Assembly (NCBI GenBank): GCA_963700285.1
Contig: CAVOXA010000001.1
Span: forward strand, 1,248,001-1,312,000
DNA: 64,000 nucleotides
Direction: 5' to 3'
From: an uncultured Chloroflexia bacterium
GTDB taxonomy: Bacteria > Chloroflexota > Anaerolineae > JAAYZQ01
Part shown: positions 49,939-59,900 of the stretch, piece after piece
Layout: each line of letters begins with the position of its first letter
How positions within the stretch are numbered: position 1 is the stretch's first letter
Notes under the pieces: generated by a model
What the model was told of the DNA's origin: nothing
The model's input: the letters and a program-made list of their open reading frames with translations, nothing else
Databases searched by the model: none
Made by a program: the position numbers and the translations under genes

Positions 49939-51669
49939 TTGTATCCGATGAAAGTCATTACCGTGGAGATGATGCGCCGTCTGGAGGTTGAGGCCAACGC
50001 GGGTGGCTTGGGCTACGCGGAGATGATGGAGACTGCCGGCTATCGTACTGCCCAGGCGATACGCGAGCGGGTGGCAGTAGAGAACAAGCGTGTCCTTGTT
50101 CTGGCTGGTCCGGGCAACAACGGTGGCGACGGGTTGGTGGCGGCCCACCATCTGAAAGAGATGGGCGCCAAGGTGACCTGTTACCTGTGGAAACGAAACC
50201 CGGAAGGCGATGCGAACTTTCAGCGGGTGAAAGCTGGCGGCATCTTTGTTGTCTGGGCCGAGGAGGACAGCGATTTTGACACCCTCCGCGCACTGGCTTC
50301 CGCGGCCGATGTCGTTGTGGACGCACTGTTAGGCATAGGGGTCACACGGCCCATCGGCGGTAGTCTGGAGGGCATTTTGGGAGTTCTGCGACAATTGGTC
50401 GTCGAGCCCAGGGCCTGGGACGGCTTGCTTGAAGCGATCCCTCGCGGACGGGTGGGAGGCCGCCCTCTTCTCGTTGCCGTCGACTGCCCCACGGGCTTGG
50501 ACTGCGATACGGGAGCTTTGGATCCGGCCGCCGTACCGGCTGACGTGACTGTTACCTTTGCTTACCCCAAGGTAGGCTTGTTGCGCTCCCCGGGTGCCGG
50601 CGCCGTGGGTGACCTCGTCGTGGCCGGCATCGGCATCCCGCCCGAACTGGCCGCTGACGTGCGCTTGGAGATGGCCACGCCCGATCTGGTCCGCGCCTGG
50701 CTCCCAGACCGGCCCCAGTTAGCGCACAAAGGCACCTTTGGTCGGGCGCTTATTATCGCCGGATCAGTCAACTATGTCGGCGCAGCGGCCCTGGCCGGGG
50801 CGGGAGCGACGCGTGTTGGCGCCGGCCTGGTGACCCTAGGCTTGCCTGCCCCCATCCTACCGGCGGTGGCGGCTCGCCTGACGGAGTCGACCTACCTCCT
50901 TTTGCCCAACGATCTGGGCGTGACCGCCTCCGGCGCGGTGGATATGCTGCATGAGAGGGCGAATAGCTACGACGCCCTGCTCGTGGGGCCGGGACTAACG
51001 CAGGAGAGAGAAGCCGTCGCCTTTGTCCATGGCTTTCTGGGAGTGGATCGGTCCGATAGAAAAGGACGGATCGGCTTTGTCTCTCCCCGGCAGGGGCAAG
51101 CATCGGGCCGGCCCAAACTGCCGCCACTGGTGGTGGATGCCGACGCCTTGAACGCTTTGGCCGCGGCCGGCACTGGAGATCCGGACGCTGAGTGGTGGAC
51201 GGCCCTACCGCCCGAAACAATTCTTACGCCTCACCCCGGCGAGATGGCCCGGCTGATGGGGGGCGACGCCACGTCCCGAGACGTCCAGCGAGACAGGGAG
51301 GGACTCAGCCAGCGCATGGCCGCCAAGTGGAACGCCATTGTCGTGCTCAAGGGTGCCTTCACGGTCGTCGCCGCCCCCGATGGCAGGCAGGTCGTGCTGC
51401 CCTTTGCCAATCCTGGACTGGCCACGGCCGGCAGCGGAGACGTGCTTGCCGGGGCCATCGTCGGTCTGCGCGCCCAGGGTGTGGACGCCTTTGAGGCCGC
51501 GGTGGCCGGCGCCTATCTTCATGGTCTGGCAGGGGAGCTGGTCCGGCGGGATCTGGGCGACATGGGTATGGTAGCCGGGGATCTGCCCCCCAGACTGCCC
51601 CTGGCCATACGCCGCGTACGGCAGGTTGGCCGCCCGGCGCTCGGACCCGAACCCGCGCCCACCGGCTAG
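49939..51669 (+). CDS. nnr: Bifunctional NAD(P)HX epimerase/dehydratase (YjeF)
   Basis: GPGNNGGDG, DALLGIG, AVDCPTG, HKGTFG, VDADAL, TPHPGEM, LATAGSGDVLAG. Confidence 0.95.
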   Translation: MYPMKVITVEMMRRLEVEANAGGLGYAEMMETAGYRTAQAIRERVAVENKRVLVLAGPGNNGGDGLVAAHHLKEMGAKVTCYLWKRNPEGDANFQRVKAGGIFVVWAEEDSDFDTLRALASAADVVVDALLGIGVTRPIGGSLEGILGVLRQLVVEPRAWDGLLEAIPRGRVGGRPLLVAVDCPTGLDCDTGALDPAAVPADVTVTFAYPKVGLLRSPGAGAVGDLVVAGIGIPPELAADVRLEMATPDLVRAWLPDRPQLAHKGTFGRALIIAGSVNYVGAAALAGAGATRVGAGLVTLGLPAPILPAVAARLTESTYLLLPNDLGVTASGAVDMLHERANSYDALLVGPGLTQEREAVAFVHGFLGVDRSDRKGRIGFVSPRQGQASGRPKLPPLVVDADALNALAAAGTGDPDAEWWTALPPETILTPHPGEMARLMGGDATSRDVQRDREGLSQRMAAKWNAIVVLKGAFTVVAAPDGRQVVLPFANPGLATAGSGDVLAGAIVGLRAQGVDAFEAAVAGAYLHGLAGELVRRDLGDMGMVAGDLPPRLPLAIRRVRQVGRPALGPEPAPTG

Positions 51670-51690
51670 CGCTGGTCCTTGCCTCTTCCC

Positions 51691-51854
51691 TGCTCGCAAT
51701 GGGTCTGTGACCGGTTGCCTGTGTATGAACGAGCCAGAAAACACCTGGACTCGGAGCAGGCGGGAGCAGGGACAGGTCAGGCACCATGCCGTCCCCTTGC
51801 TCGCAACGGGTCCGTGACCCGTTGTCTGGACATGAACGAGCCAGAAAACACCTG
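51691..51854. repeat. Two 57-bp direct repeats, each with a hairpin (third partial copy 52400-52427)
   Basis: TGCTCGCAAnGGGTCnGTGACCnGTTG...ATGAACGAGCCAGAAAACACCTG at 51691-51747 and 51798-51854. Confidence 0.85.
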
Positions 51855-51906
51855 ATCATGAACCAAGCTTGAGCAGGCAAAATGCAATGTCCGAAGGAGA
51901 TCCATC

Positions 51907-52344
51907 ATGTACACCTTTGAACCAATTGGCCAGATCCGCTCACCTTTCACCCGGCGGGATCGGACCCCCATCCAGCCCTATCGCTCTCAAGCCGTGGGAC
52001 GCGTCGAACTGCTGCCCGAGTACGAGCCTGGCCTTCGGGACCTGGATGGCTTCTCCCACGTAATTCTACTCTATGTCTTTCACCGCGCCGATCCTGGCTA
52101 TGATCTGGAGGTTACGCCTTTTCTCGACGACGAGCCCAAAGGCCTTTTCGCCACGCGCTACCCCCGCCGGCCCAATCCCATCGGCCTGTCGGTGGTACGC
52201 CTGGTGCGGTGCGAGGGCCGGGTGCTGCATGTGGAAGGCATTGATGTCCTGGATGGCACGCCGTTGCTGGACATAAAACCCTACGCTCCACCCTTCGATG
52301 CCCATCCCGACGCGCGCTTTGGCTGGCTGGAGGACAGAGCCTAG
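51907..52344 (+). CDS. tsaA: TsaA/TrmO (YaeB) tRNA methyltransferase family
   Basis: PIGQIRSPF, L.GFSH, GLFATR.P.RPNPIGLS, DVLDGTPLLDIKPY. Confidence 0.92.
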   Translation: MYTFEPIGQIRSPFTRRDRTPIQPYRSQAVGRVELLPEYEPGLRDLDGFSHVILLYVFHRADPGYDLEVTPFLDDEPKGLFATRYPRRPNPIGLSVVRLVRCEGRVLHVEGIDVLDGTPLLDIKPYAPPFDAHPDARFGWLEDRA

Positions 52345-52399
52345 TGCCATCCCACATCGCTTGTACCGGCCTGCTGCTACAAGCAGCCGTCCTATCTCC

Positions 52400-52427
52400 T
52401 GCTCGCACCCGGTCCGTGACCGGGTGC
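52400..52427. repeat. Third copy of the REP-like hairpin
   Basis: TGCTC-GCACCCGGTC-CGT-GACCGGGTGC, a perfect 10-bp stem. Confidence 0.75.
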
Positions 52428-52556
52428 CTTGTGCGAGGAACCTCCCGACGATACCTCGTCACGCACCCGCTGCAGAGCGCGATGAGCCAGTGTTCGCTGT
52501 CTGACAGGCCGTCACTTTGTTCTCAAAGCCTGCAGTCTACTGCATAGAACGCCCCC

Positions 52557-53771
52557 ATGAGCCAATACACCGTCTACCTGATCCTCGAATTCAGCGCGGC
52601 GCTTCTCTTCTCCCTGATCTTCACCGTGAACATGCTCTACCAGGTGACGGTCGTCCAGCTCACCCCGCTGCAACTGGTACTGGTCGGAACCATCCTCGAG
52701 GCCAGCGTCTTCCTCTTCGAGATCCCAACGGGCATATTGGCCGACGTCAAGAGCCGGCGCCTGTCGGTGATCGTGGGCTACCTGCTCATCGGCCTGGGCT
52801 TTATCCTCGAGGGCTCCTTCCCTATCTTTGCGGTGGTGGCGCTGGCTCAGGTCATTTGGGGCTGTGGTTATACCTTCACCAGTGGCGCCACGCAGGCCTG
52901 GATTGCCGACGAGATCGGGGAACAACGGGCGGGCCATGCCTTTCTGCGCGGGCAACAATCGGCGGCTGTTGGTGCCCTCGTGGCCATCCCCATCAGCGTG
53001 GCGCTGGGCGCGGTGAGCGTCCAATTGCCCATTGTAGTAGGGGGTATCCTCATGCTCCTGCTGGCGGTCTTTCTGGCCCTCACCATGCGCGAAGAGGGCT
53101 TCCGGCCAACCCCCAGGGAGGACCGCGACACGTGGGGCATGATGGCCAAGACCATGCGCGACGCCCGTGACATGGCCCGCCGCCAGCCTGTGCTGCTGGC
53201 CCTGTTGGGTACCGGGCTGTTCTACGGCCTATACAGCGAGGGCCTCGACCGCCTGTGGACCGCGCACCTGCTGCAGAACCATACGCTGCCCTGGTATAGC
53301 GCGGTAACGCCTGTGGTTTGGTTTGGAGTCATCAGAGCGGCGGAGCTCCTGCTTGGCCTGGGCGCGGTTGAGCTGGCCCGCCGCCGCGTTGATACGGTAA
53401 ATGCCATCGCCATCGGCCGCACGCTGCTGGTCAGTACTGGCTTGATCGTCGTCACGCTGGCCGTCTTTGCCCTGACCCGTTCCTTCGCCCTTGCCCTGGC
53501 TGGCCTCTGGCTCATCGCGGCCCTGCGCAGTTTCGTGGAGCCGCTCCAGACGGCGTGGTTCAACCTGCGCATCGACGATTCTCAGGTGCGGGCCACCATG
53601 TTCTCCGTCAGCGGCCAGGTCGACGCCGTGGGCCAGATCGCCGGTGGACCCGGTGTGGGGGCCATCGGCAACGCCTCGCTGCGGGCGGCTTTGCTCACCT
53701 CGGCCGTGCTCCTCGCTCCAGCCATGCCCCTCTACGCCCTGGCCATGCGCCACGAGAACCGGGCTGGTTGA
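52557..53771 (+). CDS. MFS transporter, TetA(P)-like
   Basis: LQLVLVGTILE...FLFEIPTG.LAD..SRRLS, FTSGA..AWIADE, SEGLDRLW.AH, RATMFS..GQ.DA.GQ..GGP. Confidence 0.88.
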   Translation: MSQYTVYLILEFSAALLFSLIFTVNMLYQVTVVQLTPLQLVLVGTILEASVFLFEIPTGILADVKSRRLSVIVGYLLIGLGFILEGSFPIFAVVALAQVIWGCGYTFTSGATQAWIADEIGEQRAGHAFLRGQQSAAVGALVAIPISVALGAVSVQLPIVVGGILMLLLAVFLALTMREEGFRPTPREDRDTWGMMAKTMRDARDMARRQPVLLALLGTGLFYGLYSEGLDRLWTAHLLQNHTLPWYSAVTPVVWFGVIRAAELLLGLGAVELARRRVDTVNAIAIGRTLLVSTGLIVVTLAVFALTRSFALALAGLWLIAALRSFVEPLQTAWFNLRIDDSQVRATMFSVSGQVDAVGQIAGGPGVGAIGNASLRAALLTSAVLLAPAMPLYALAMRHENRAG

Positions 53772-53934
53772 TCGGGAGCAACAGCAGTGGCAGGTTTGGA
53801 CGACTTGTGGGATAATAGGTGTTGTCGGAAAGGGCACCAGGCCCATCACGTCATCCACCGCCCCGGCGGCCACCGCACGTTCACCTGGGCTGTTGCCCTC
53901 GGCAACAGACAACCAATTCCAAAGGAGGTCAGCA

Positions 53935-54789
53935 ATGCAAACACGCCGTTTCGGACGCACCGGTCACATGAGTACCATCGTCATCTTTGGGTCCTTTGCC
54001 GTGGGCAAGCTGGATCAGGACTCGGCCGACGCGGTCATAGAGCAGCTACTGGCTGCAGGAGTCAACCATATTGATGTAGCGCCTTCCTACGATGACGCCG
54101 AGCTTCGGTTGGGCCCGTGGCTGGAAAGGTACCGCGATCGCTTCTTCCTGGGCTGCAAGACCCAGCTCCGCGGCCGCGACGAAGCCCGGGAACAACTGCA
54201 CCGTTCGTTGCAGCGCCTGCGCGTGGAGGCCCTTGACCTCTATCAACTGCACGCGGTCACAACCATGGCAGAACTGGAACGGTGCTTCGCGCCGGGGGGC
54301 TCCATGGAGGCCATCCTCGAGGCCCGCGACGAAGGCTTGACCCGCTTTATCGGCATCACCTCTCACGGCCTGCAGGCTCCCGCCGTTGAGATGGCTGCCC
54401 TCGAGCGCTTTGATTTCGACAGCCTGCTGTTTACCCTTAACGCCAATCTCTGGGCGAATGACGAATACCGGCGCGATGCCACGGCTTTGCTTCAGATGGC
54501 CGCCGAGCGGGAGGTGGGCACCATGGTCATCAAGGCTTTCGCCCGCGGACCCTGGGGCGACCAGCCACGGCGCTACCACACCTGGTACGAGCCCCTGGAG
54601 GAGGCCCAAGAGATCGAGACGGCGCTGCGTTTCGCCCTCTCACAGCCCGTGACCGGCGCCATCAGTGCCGGCGACTCCCGCCTGCTGCCCATGATCCTGG
54701 ATGCCGCCGCACGCTTCCAGCCCATGGACGCCGCCGAGCAGCAGGCCCTCATGCAAACCGCAGCGCAATACGATCCGCTCTTCACCTAG
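53935..54789 (+). CDS. Aldo/keto reductase
   Basis: RRFGRTG, IDVAPSY, GCKT, DLYQLHAV, RFIGITSH; RBS AGGAGG. Confidence 0.92.
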   Translation: MQTRRFGRTGHMSTIVIFGSFAVGKLDQDSADAVIEQLLAAGVNHIDVAPSYDDAELRLGPWLERYRDRFFLGCKTQLRGRDEAREQLHRSLQRLRVEALDLYQLHAVTTMAELERCFAPGGSMEAILEARDEGLTRFIGITSHGLQAPAVEMAALERFDFDSLLFTLNANLWANDEYRRDATALLQMAAEREVGTMVIKAFARGPWGDQPRRYHTWYEPLEEAQEIETALRFALSQPVTGAISAGDSRLLPMILDAAARFQPMDAAEQQALMQTAAQYDPLFT

Positions 54790-54802
54790 TCAGAGGCGGC
54801 GC

Positions 54803-55145
54803 GTTATTCTGAGCGATCCATGGCTCGGTACGCCACTCCATGCGGAATGATACCCGTACCTGTCATTGCGAGGAGGCCGCAGGCCGACGAAGCAATCCCC
54901 AACTGCCCAGTAGAGACTGCTTCGGCCCAAACTACGGGCCTCGCAGTGACAAGATCGGCGTCATTAGTAGCGATCCATGGTTCGGTACGCCACTCTATCC
55001 GGAATGACACCGCCACTGTGTCATTGCGACGAGCGCAGCGAGGAAGCAATCCCCACCTGCGACCGGGGAGGAGACTGCTTCGGCCCAGACAGCCGGCCTC
55101 GCAGTGACAAGTTTGGTGTCATTGGTAGCGCAGCGAAGAATCTCT
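54803..55145. repeat. Nested palindromic repeat cluster: two tandem ~157-bp units inside a split GTyATTCTGAGCGCAGCGAAGAATCT element
   Basis: Units 54812-54968 and 54969-55126 each start AGCGATCCATGG.TCGGTACGCCACTC and contain GTCATTGCGA...GAAGCAATC...GACTGCTTCG...CTCGCAGTGAC. Confidence 0.85.
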
Positions 55146-55151
55146 ATCCAA

Positions 55152-55538
55152 TTATAGGCTATCCACCACCCGCTTTAGCTTGGCCTGGACCTCCACAGCC
55201 ACCGATCCCAGTTCTGCATTTTCAATGGCTGCCATCGAAGCGATGGGGTCCACGGCCGCAACCTCCACGCCGCCGCCATCCCGCTCCTGGACGATGACGT
55301 TACAGGGCAGCATGGTCCCGATTTTATCCTCGGCCAGGAAAGCCTGGTACGCGTAAGGTGGGTTGCAGGCCCCCAGGATCCGATAGTTCCGAAAGTCGGT
55401 GCCCAACTTTTTCTTGAAGGTGGCTTTGACATCGATCTCTGTCAGAACCCCGAAGCCCTCATCCTTCAGTTTCTCCGTGACGTGGGCAACCGCGTCGTCG
55501 AACGGCATATCAAGCTCTTTGTTGAAATAATAACTCAT
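55152..55538 (-). CDS. DUF302 protein
   Basis: EGFGVLTEIDV, YRILGACNP, LPCNVIV; RBS AGGAGG. Confidence 0.9.
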   Translation of the reverse strand: MSYYFNKELDMPFDDAVAHVTEKLKDEGFGVLTEIDVKATFKKKLGTDFRNYRILGACNPPYAYQAFLAEDKIGTMLPCNVIVQERDGGGVEVAAVDPIASMAAIENAELGSVAVEVQAKLKRVVDSL

Positions 55539-55940
55539 CCGCTTGCGTCTCCTCCTGGTTCGTTCCAACCGGCTAGATCTGAGTTCACCTGCGGCTCACG
55601 GCCCGCATTGTACCACAACCCACGGGACCTGGCAAAGCCTCCACCCTGATCACCCCCAAGGCGGTACCCGTACACTCGGCCGCTCCAATACCATACCGTA
55701 CCGCTTTCCCAGTTCTCCACCATCGCGTTCCACCCCGCCAGCCCAAGATCCACCAACAGCTTCTTGCCCATCAGAGTACGCGCCTATCAGGCCTGCGTCA
55801 TCACTGCCTACAGAGGGATAGGCCGGTGTGCCGTGGCATGGCTGCTCTGACCTCTTTGACCTCGGAGGTCTGGCTTTACCTACTAGAAACCACCACCCAC
55901 CGTCACCCCTCGCGAAATTCCCTCTGAGCACGGGACCCTT

Positions 55941-56162
55941 GTCACCGAGACCGCCCGCGCCGACAACGCCGCCCTGGCCGAGGCCGCCCGTGACATCGTC
56001 CAGGCCCTGTCCGGGATGCGCGCCCAGGGTTGGATCGACGACGCCACCGCCATCCAGCTCGCCTTCAAGTTCGCCGGCGAGACCATCCCCCAGGAGGAGA
56101 TCGAGCGCATCCTTGAAGCCTGTGGCGAGCGAAGCGAAGCCAACCCTGCCCCTGGACCGTAG
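55941..56162 (+). pseudogene. Start-less coding fragment resembling a phage portal C-terminus
   Basis: Strong GC3 codon bias: VTETARADNAALAEAARDIVQALSGMRAQGWIDDATAIQLAFKFAGETIPQEEIERILEA...*. Identity inferred from recalled similarity and its position before a MuF-like ORF. Confidence 0.35.
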
Positions 56163-56179
56163 CCAAGAGCCGCCCGCCG

Positions 56180-56551
56180 ATGAGCCAGAAGCCTGAGCCG
56201 CCGCCCGAGGAGCCACCCTATGAACCACCCGTCCCGGTCCCCTTTCCCTGGCATCCCTGGTACCCGTGGCCACCGGGCACCGAGCCGCCAGCTGACCTTC
56301 ACCTCCACTACCACAACGCCAACCCCAACCCGGCCAGGGTCTGCCCCGTCTGCCAGACCGACATCGGCAAGGTCTTCCGCCTCGAAGACGCGCCCAGGCT
56401 GCCCCGCCACCCACACTGCTACTGCTTCTACGTCGTCACTGACGCGCCAGTCACCAAGGAAGGAAACGCGCCCATGACCGGCCGCGCCGAGACAGCTTGC
56501 ACCGGCCATCTCCCCATCTCCCTCTCACCCCCTCGCCCCATCGAACCCTGA
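56180..56551 (+). CDS. Small protein with phage head-morphogenesis (Mu gpF/SPP1 gp7)-like Cys/His motif
   Basis: RVCPVC...PRLPRHPHCYC resembles the C..C...P.HPNCRC signature; Pro-rich N-terminus. Confidence 0.45.
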   Translation: MSQKPEPPPEEPPYEPPVPVPFPWHPWYPWPPGTEPPADLHLHYHNANPNPARVCPVCQTDIGKVFRLEDAPRLPRHPHCYCFYVVTDAPVTKEGNAPMTGRAETACTGHLPISLSPPRPIEP

Positions 56552-56799
56552 CCTCGGCCTCAACCCTTAGCGCTGCAAGGCGCCTCATTATGCCCAAAGA
56601 CGCCCCGATCCAGAGCGAACAATCCGAAAATCCCACCAGCCCGATACCCCTGCCAATCAGGCCCACGCACGCACTGGGTCATCCACGAATGTTGGCCACG
56701 AATACACGAATGGTGGCTGTGGGGCACAATCGATTATTCCCGGTTAATTCGTGTGAACAGGGCTACCGAGGGTAACTACCGCACTGTTATCATTTAAAG

Positions 56800-56828
56800 T
56801 TGACAAAAATACACTGAATACGTATAAT
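56800..56828 (+). promoter_or_regulatory. Perfect-consensus sigma70 promoter of the SBBP/InlB gene
   Basis: TTGACA (56800-56805), 17 bp, TATAAT (56823-56828). Confidence 0.85.
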
Positions 56829-56910
56829 TAGCCTTGTTTTACTTTGTCGCCAGCCCAGGCAGTTTAGCGAGCCTGGATAGCATCCACTGAGGAGCAGGAA
56901 GGACGGAATC

Positions 56911-59900
56911 ATGACCCGCATTTCCACCGCTTGCATTGGACCCTTGCTCGCGCTGACCCTGATCGTCACCGCTGTCGTGGGCCCCATCAACCGCCGGGCC
57001 GCTCTGGCCCATCAGGGGCCCCAGCGTACCAGGCCGGCCGTGGAAGCTCCAGCTCGCCCCGCGAATCCCAGTCCTGAGGCCCTATTGCGGACACTGGACC
57101 AGATGCCTCTCAGCTTCGAGGCCAATCAGGGTCAGTTCGCCACGCCTGTGCATTTTACCACCCGCCAGGCTGGCGGCATTTTCTTCTTCACTACCCACGA
57201 GATGGCGGCGGTGTTCCGCCGGACAACGTCCGACTCTGCTTTAGCGGAGGATCTGGAGATAGAGGGCGAAGGGGAGGGGTCGTTGCCGTACCTTGAGTCC
57301 GAAACCCTCGCCCTCAAGGTCCACTTTCTTGGCGCCTCCCCCACGGTCGAGATAGAGGGACTGGACCCTCTGCCCGGCAGGGTCAACTACTTCAGCGGCA
57401 GCGACCCAGTCCGCTGGCAACAGGCCGTGCCCACCTACGCCACCATCCTCTACCACAATCTCTATCCCCACACTGACCTGCGCTACTCCGGCGTGGGCGG
57501 CCGGCTCAAGTACGACTTTCTCCTGGACCCAGGGGCCGAGGTAGACCGCATTGCCCTGGCCTACACCGGGGTGGAGGGATTGGAGCTCAACGGCGCGGGC
57601 CAACTGCAGGTCAGGACCGCCTGGGGCACCCTGGTGGAAGATGCCCCCCTCGCCTGGCAGACGGGCGAGGCGGGGCGCCGCGAGCCGGTCGCCGTGCGCT
57701 ACCGGCTCCAACCAGGTGACATTGTGGGCTTCCAGGTGGGCACCTATGATCCTGCCCGGCCTCTGGTGATCGACCCCACGCTCCGCTACGGCACCTATGT
57801 CGGAGGCGGCAGTGTTGAGCACGGCCGCGACATTGCGGTCGATGGCGAAGGGAACGTTTTAGTCACTGGCTCCACCCAATCCTCCGACTTTCCCACAACG
57901 GCCGGGGCCTTCGACCGCAACCGCGCCGCCGGCCAGGACGTCTACGTCCTCAAGCTGGCGGCGGACGGAAGTGGTCTGCTGTTCAGCACTTTTGTAGGGG
58001 GTAAGGAGAGCGAGTCGGGCTTTGGCCTGGCCCTGGATGGCGATGGGAATCCCGTGGTCGTCGGCTGGGCCTGGTCCTCGGACTTTCCCACTACTTCCGG
58101 GGCTCACGACACCAGCTATGGTGGGAACAGGGACGCCTTTGTGTTCAAGCTGTCGGCCGACGGCAGCAAGCTGCTGTTTAGCACCTTTGTAGGCGGTAGT
58201 GAGCGCGACGCCATCTATCCGGTGCAGGTTGATGGCGACGGGAACGTCATCCTCACCGGCTATACGCTTTCCACAGACTTTCCCACAACCGCTGGGGCCT
58301 ACGATGGCACCCACAATGGTGACAAGGAGATCATCGTCTGTAAGCTGTCCCCAGATGGGAGCGAGCTGCTGTTCAGCACCTTTGTTGGAGGCAAGCACAT
58401 GGACCTTGGCCGCCACATTGTCCTCGACAGCGCGGGCAACTATGTCGTCACTGGCTACACCTGGTCCTCCGACTATCCCACCACCCCTGACGCCTATGAC
58501 CGCACCCACGGTGGGGGAGAGCGCGACATGTTCCTCCTGAAACTGTCCGCTGACGGAAGTACGTTGCTGGCTAGCACCTACGTCGGGGGCAGCGGTGATG
58601 AACGCGGCCGTGGCTTGGCGCTGGATGGGCAGGGCAATCCCGTCATCGCCGGCTATACCAGCTCCTCCGATTTCCCCACCACGCCTGGCGCATACGACAC
58701 CACTTACGGTGGCGCATACGACATCTATGCCCTCAAGCTATCGGCCGACGCCACCACGCTACTGTACAGCACCCTGGTCGGCGGCAGCCAGAACGACTAT
58801 GCCCGCGGGATGGATATGGACGCCTCGGGCAACATCTTTGTCGTTGGGGATTCCTACTCGAGCAGCTTTCCCACCACCCCTGATGCCTTTAGCACCAAAG
58901 GCAATGGAGGTCTGGACGCAGTTGTCCTGAAACTGTCGCCGGATTTAGTTCCCTGCTTTACAGCACCTTTGTGGGGGGCAGCGGTGAGGAGCAGGGACAC
59001 GAACTGGCGCTAGACGGGAAGACCGGTGTCGTGATCACCGGCCACACCAAGTCCAGCAACTTTCCCACCACCTCCGGTGCCCATGATCGCACCTACAACG
59101 GCGACCAGGACCTGTTCGTCTTCTACCTCGACGGGCTGACCGGGCAGGGGCACACCTTGACTGTAAACGTCTCCGGCAGCGGCACCGTGACCAGGGACCC
59201 GCACAAGTCCGCCTATCAATCCGGAGAGCAGGTCAAGCTGACGGCCAGCCCCAGCCCGGGCTGGGGCTTCTCCGGCTGGTCGGGCGACCTCTCCAGCAGT
59301 GCCAATCCGGCTACCCTCACCATGGATGGCAACAGGTCCGTTACCGCCACCTTCACTCAGAATCAATTCACCCTCTCTGTCAACGTCTCCGGCAGCGGCA
59401 CCGTGACCAGGGACCCGCACAAGTCCGCCTATCAATCCGGAGAGCAGGTCAAGCTGACGGCCAGCCCCAGCCCGGGCTGGGTCTTCTCTGGCTGGTCGGG
59501 CGACCTCTCCAGCACTGCCAACCCAGCCACCCTCACCATGGATGGCAACAAGTCCGTCACCGCCACCTTCACCCAGGACCAATACACCCTCTCCGTCAGT
59601 GTCTCTGGCAGCGGCTCGGTGGCCAAGTCGCCCGACCAGGCGGGTTACCACCATGGCGACCAGGTCCAACTCACTGCCAGCCCCAGCGCCGGCTGGACCT
59701 TCACTGCCTGGTCCGGGGACCTGACTGGCGCCGAGAATCCGGCCACCCTCACCATCGACGGCACCAAGTCCGTCACCGCCACCTTTGGCCAGAATGGGTA
59801 CACGCTGACCGTGAACGTCGATGGCAGCGGTTCCGTGAGCAGAGCCCCGGAGCAGGCCGTCTACGTGCTCGGCGAAGAGGTGCAGCTCAGCGCCACCCCA

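Noticed and set aside
51691-51854. Possible mini-CRISPR (57-bp repeats with 50-bp gap)
   Set aside because: Two imperfect copies, too long for CRISPR repeats, with a dispersed third copy typical of REP-like elements.
54812-55126. Possible CRISPR array
   Set aside because: Only two diverged ~157-bp units, no constant 23-47-bp repeat with unique spacers, and no cas genes.
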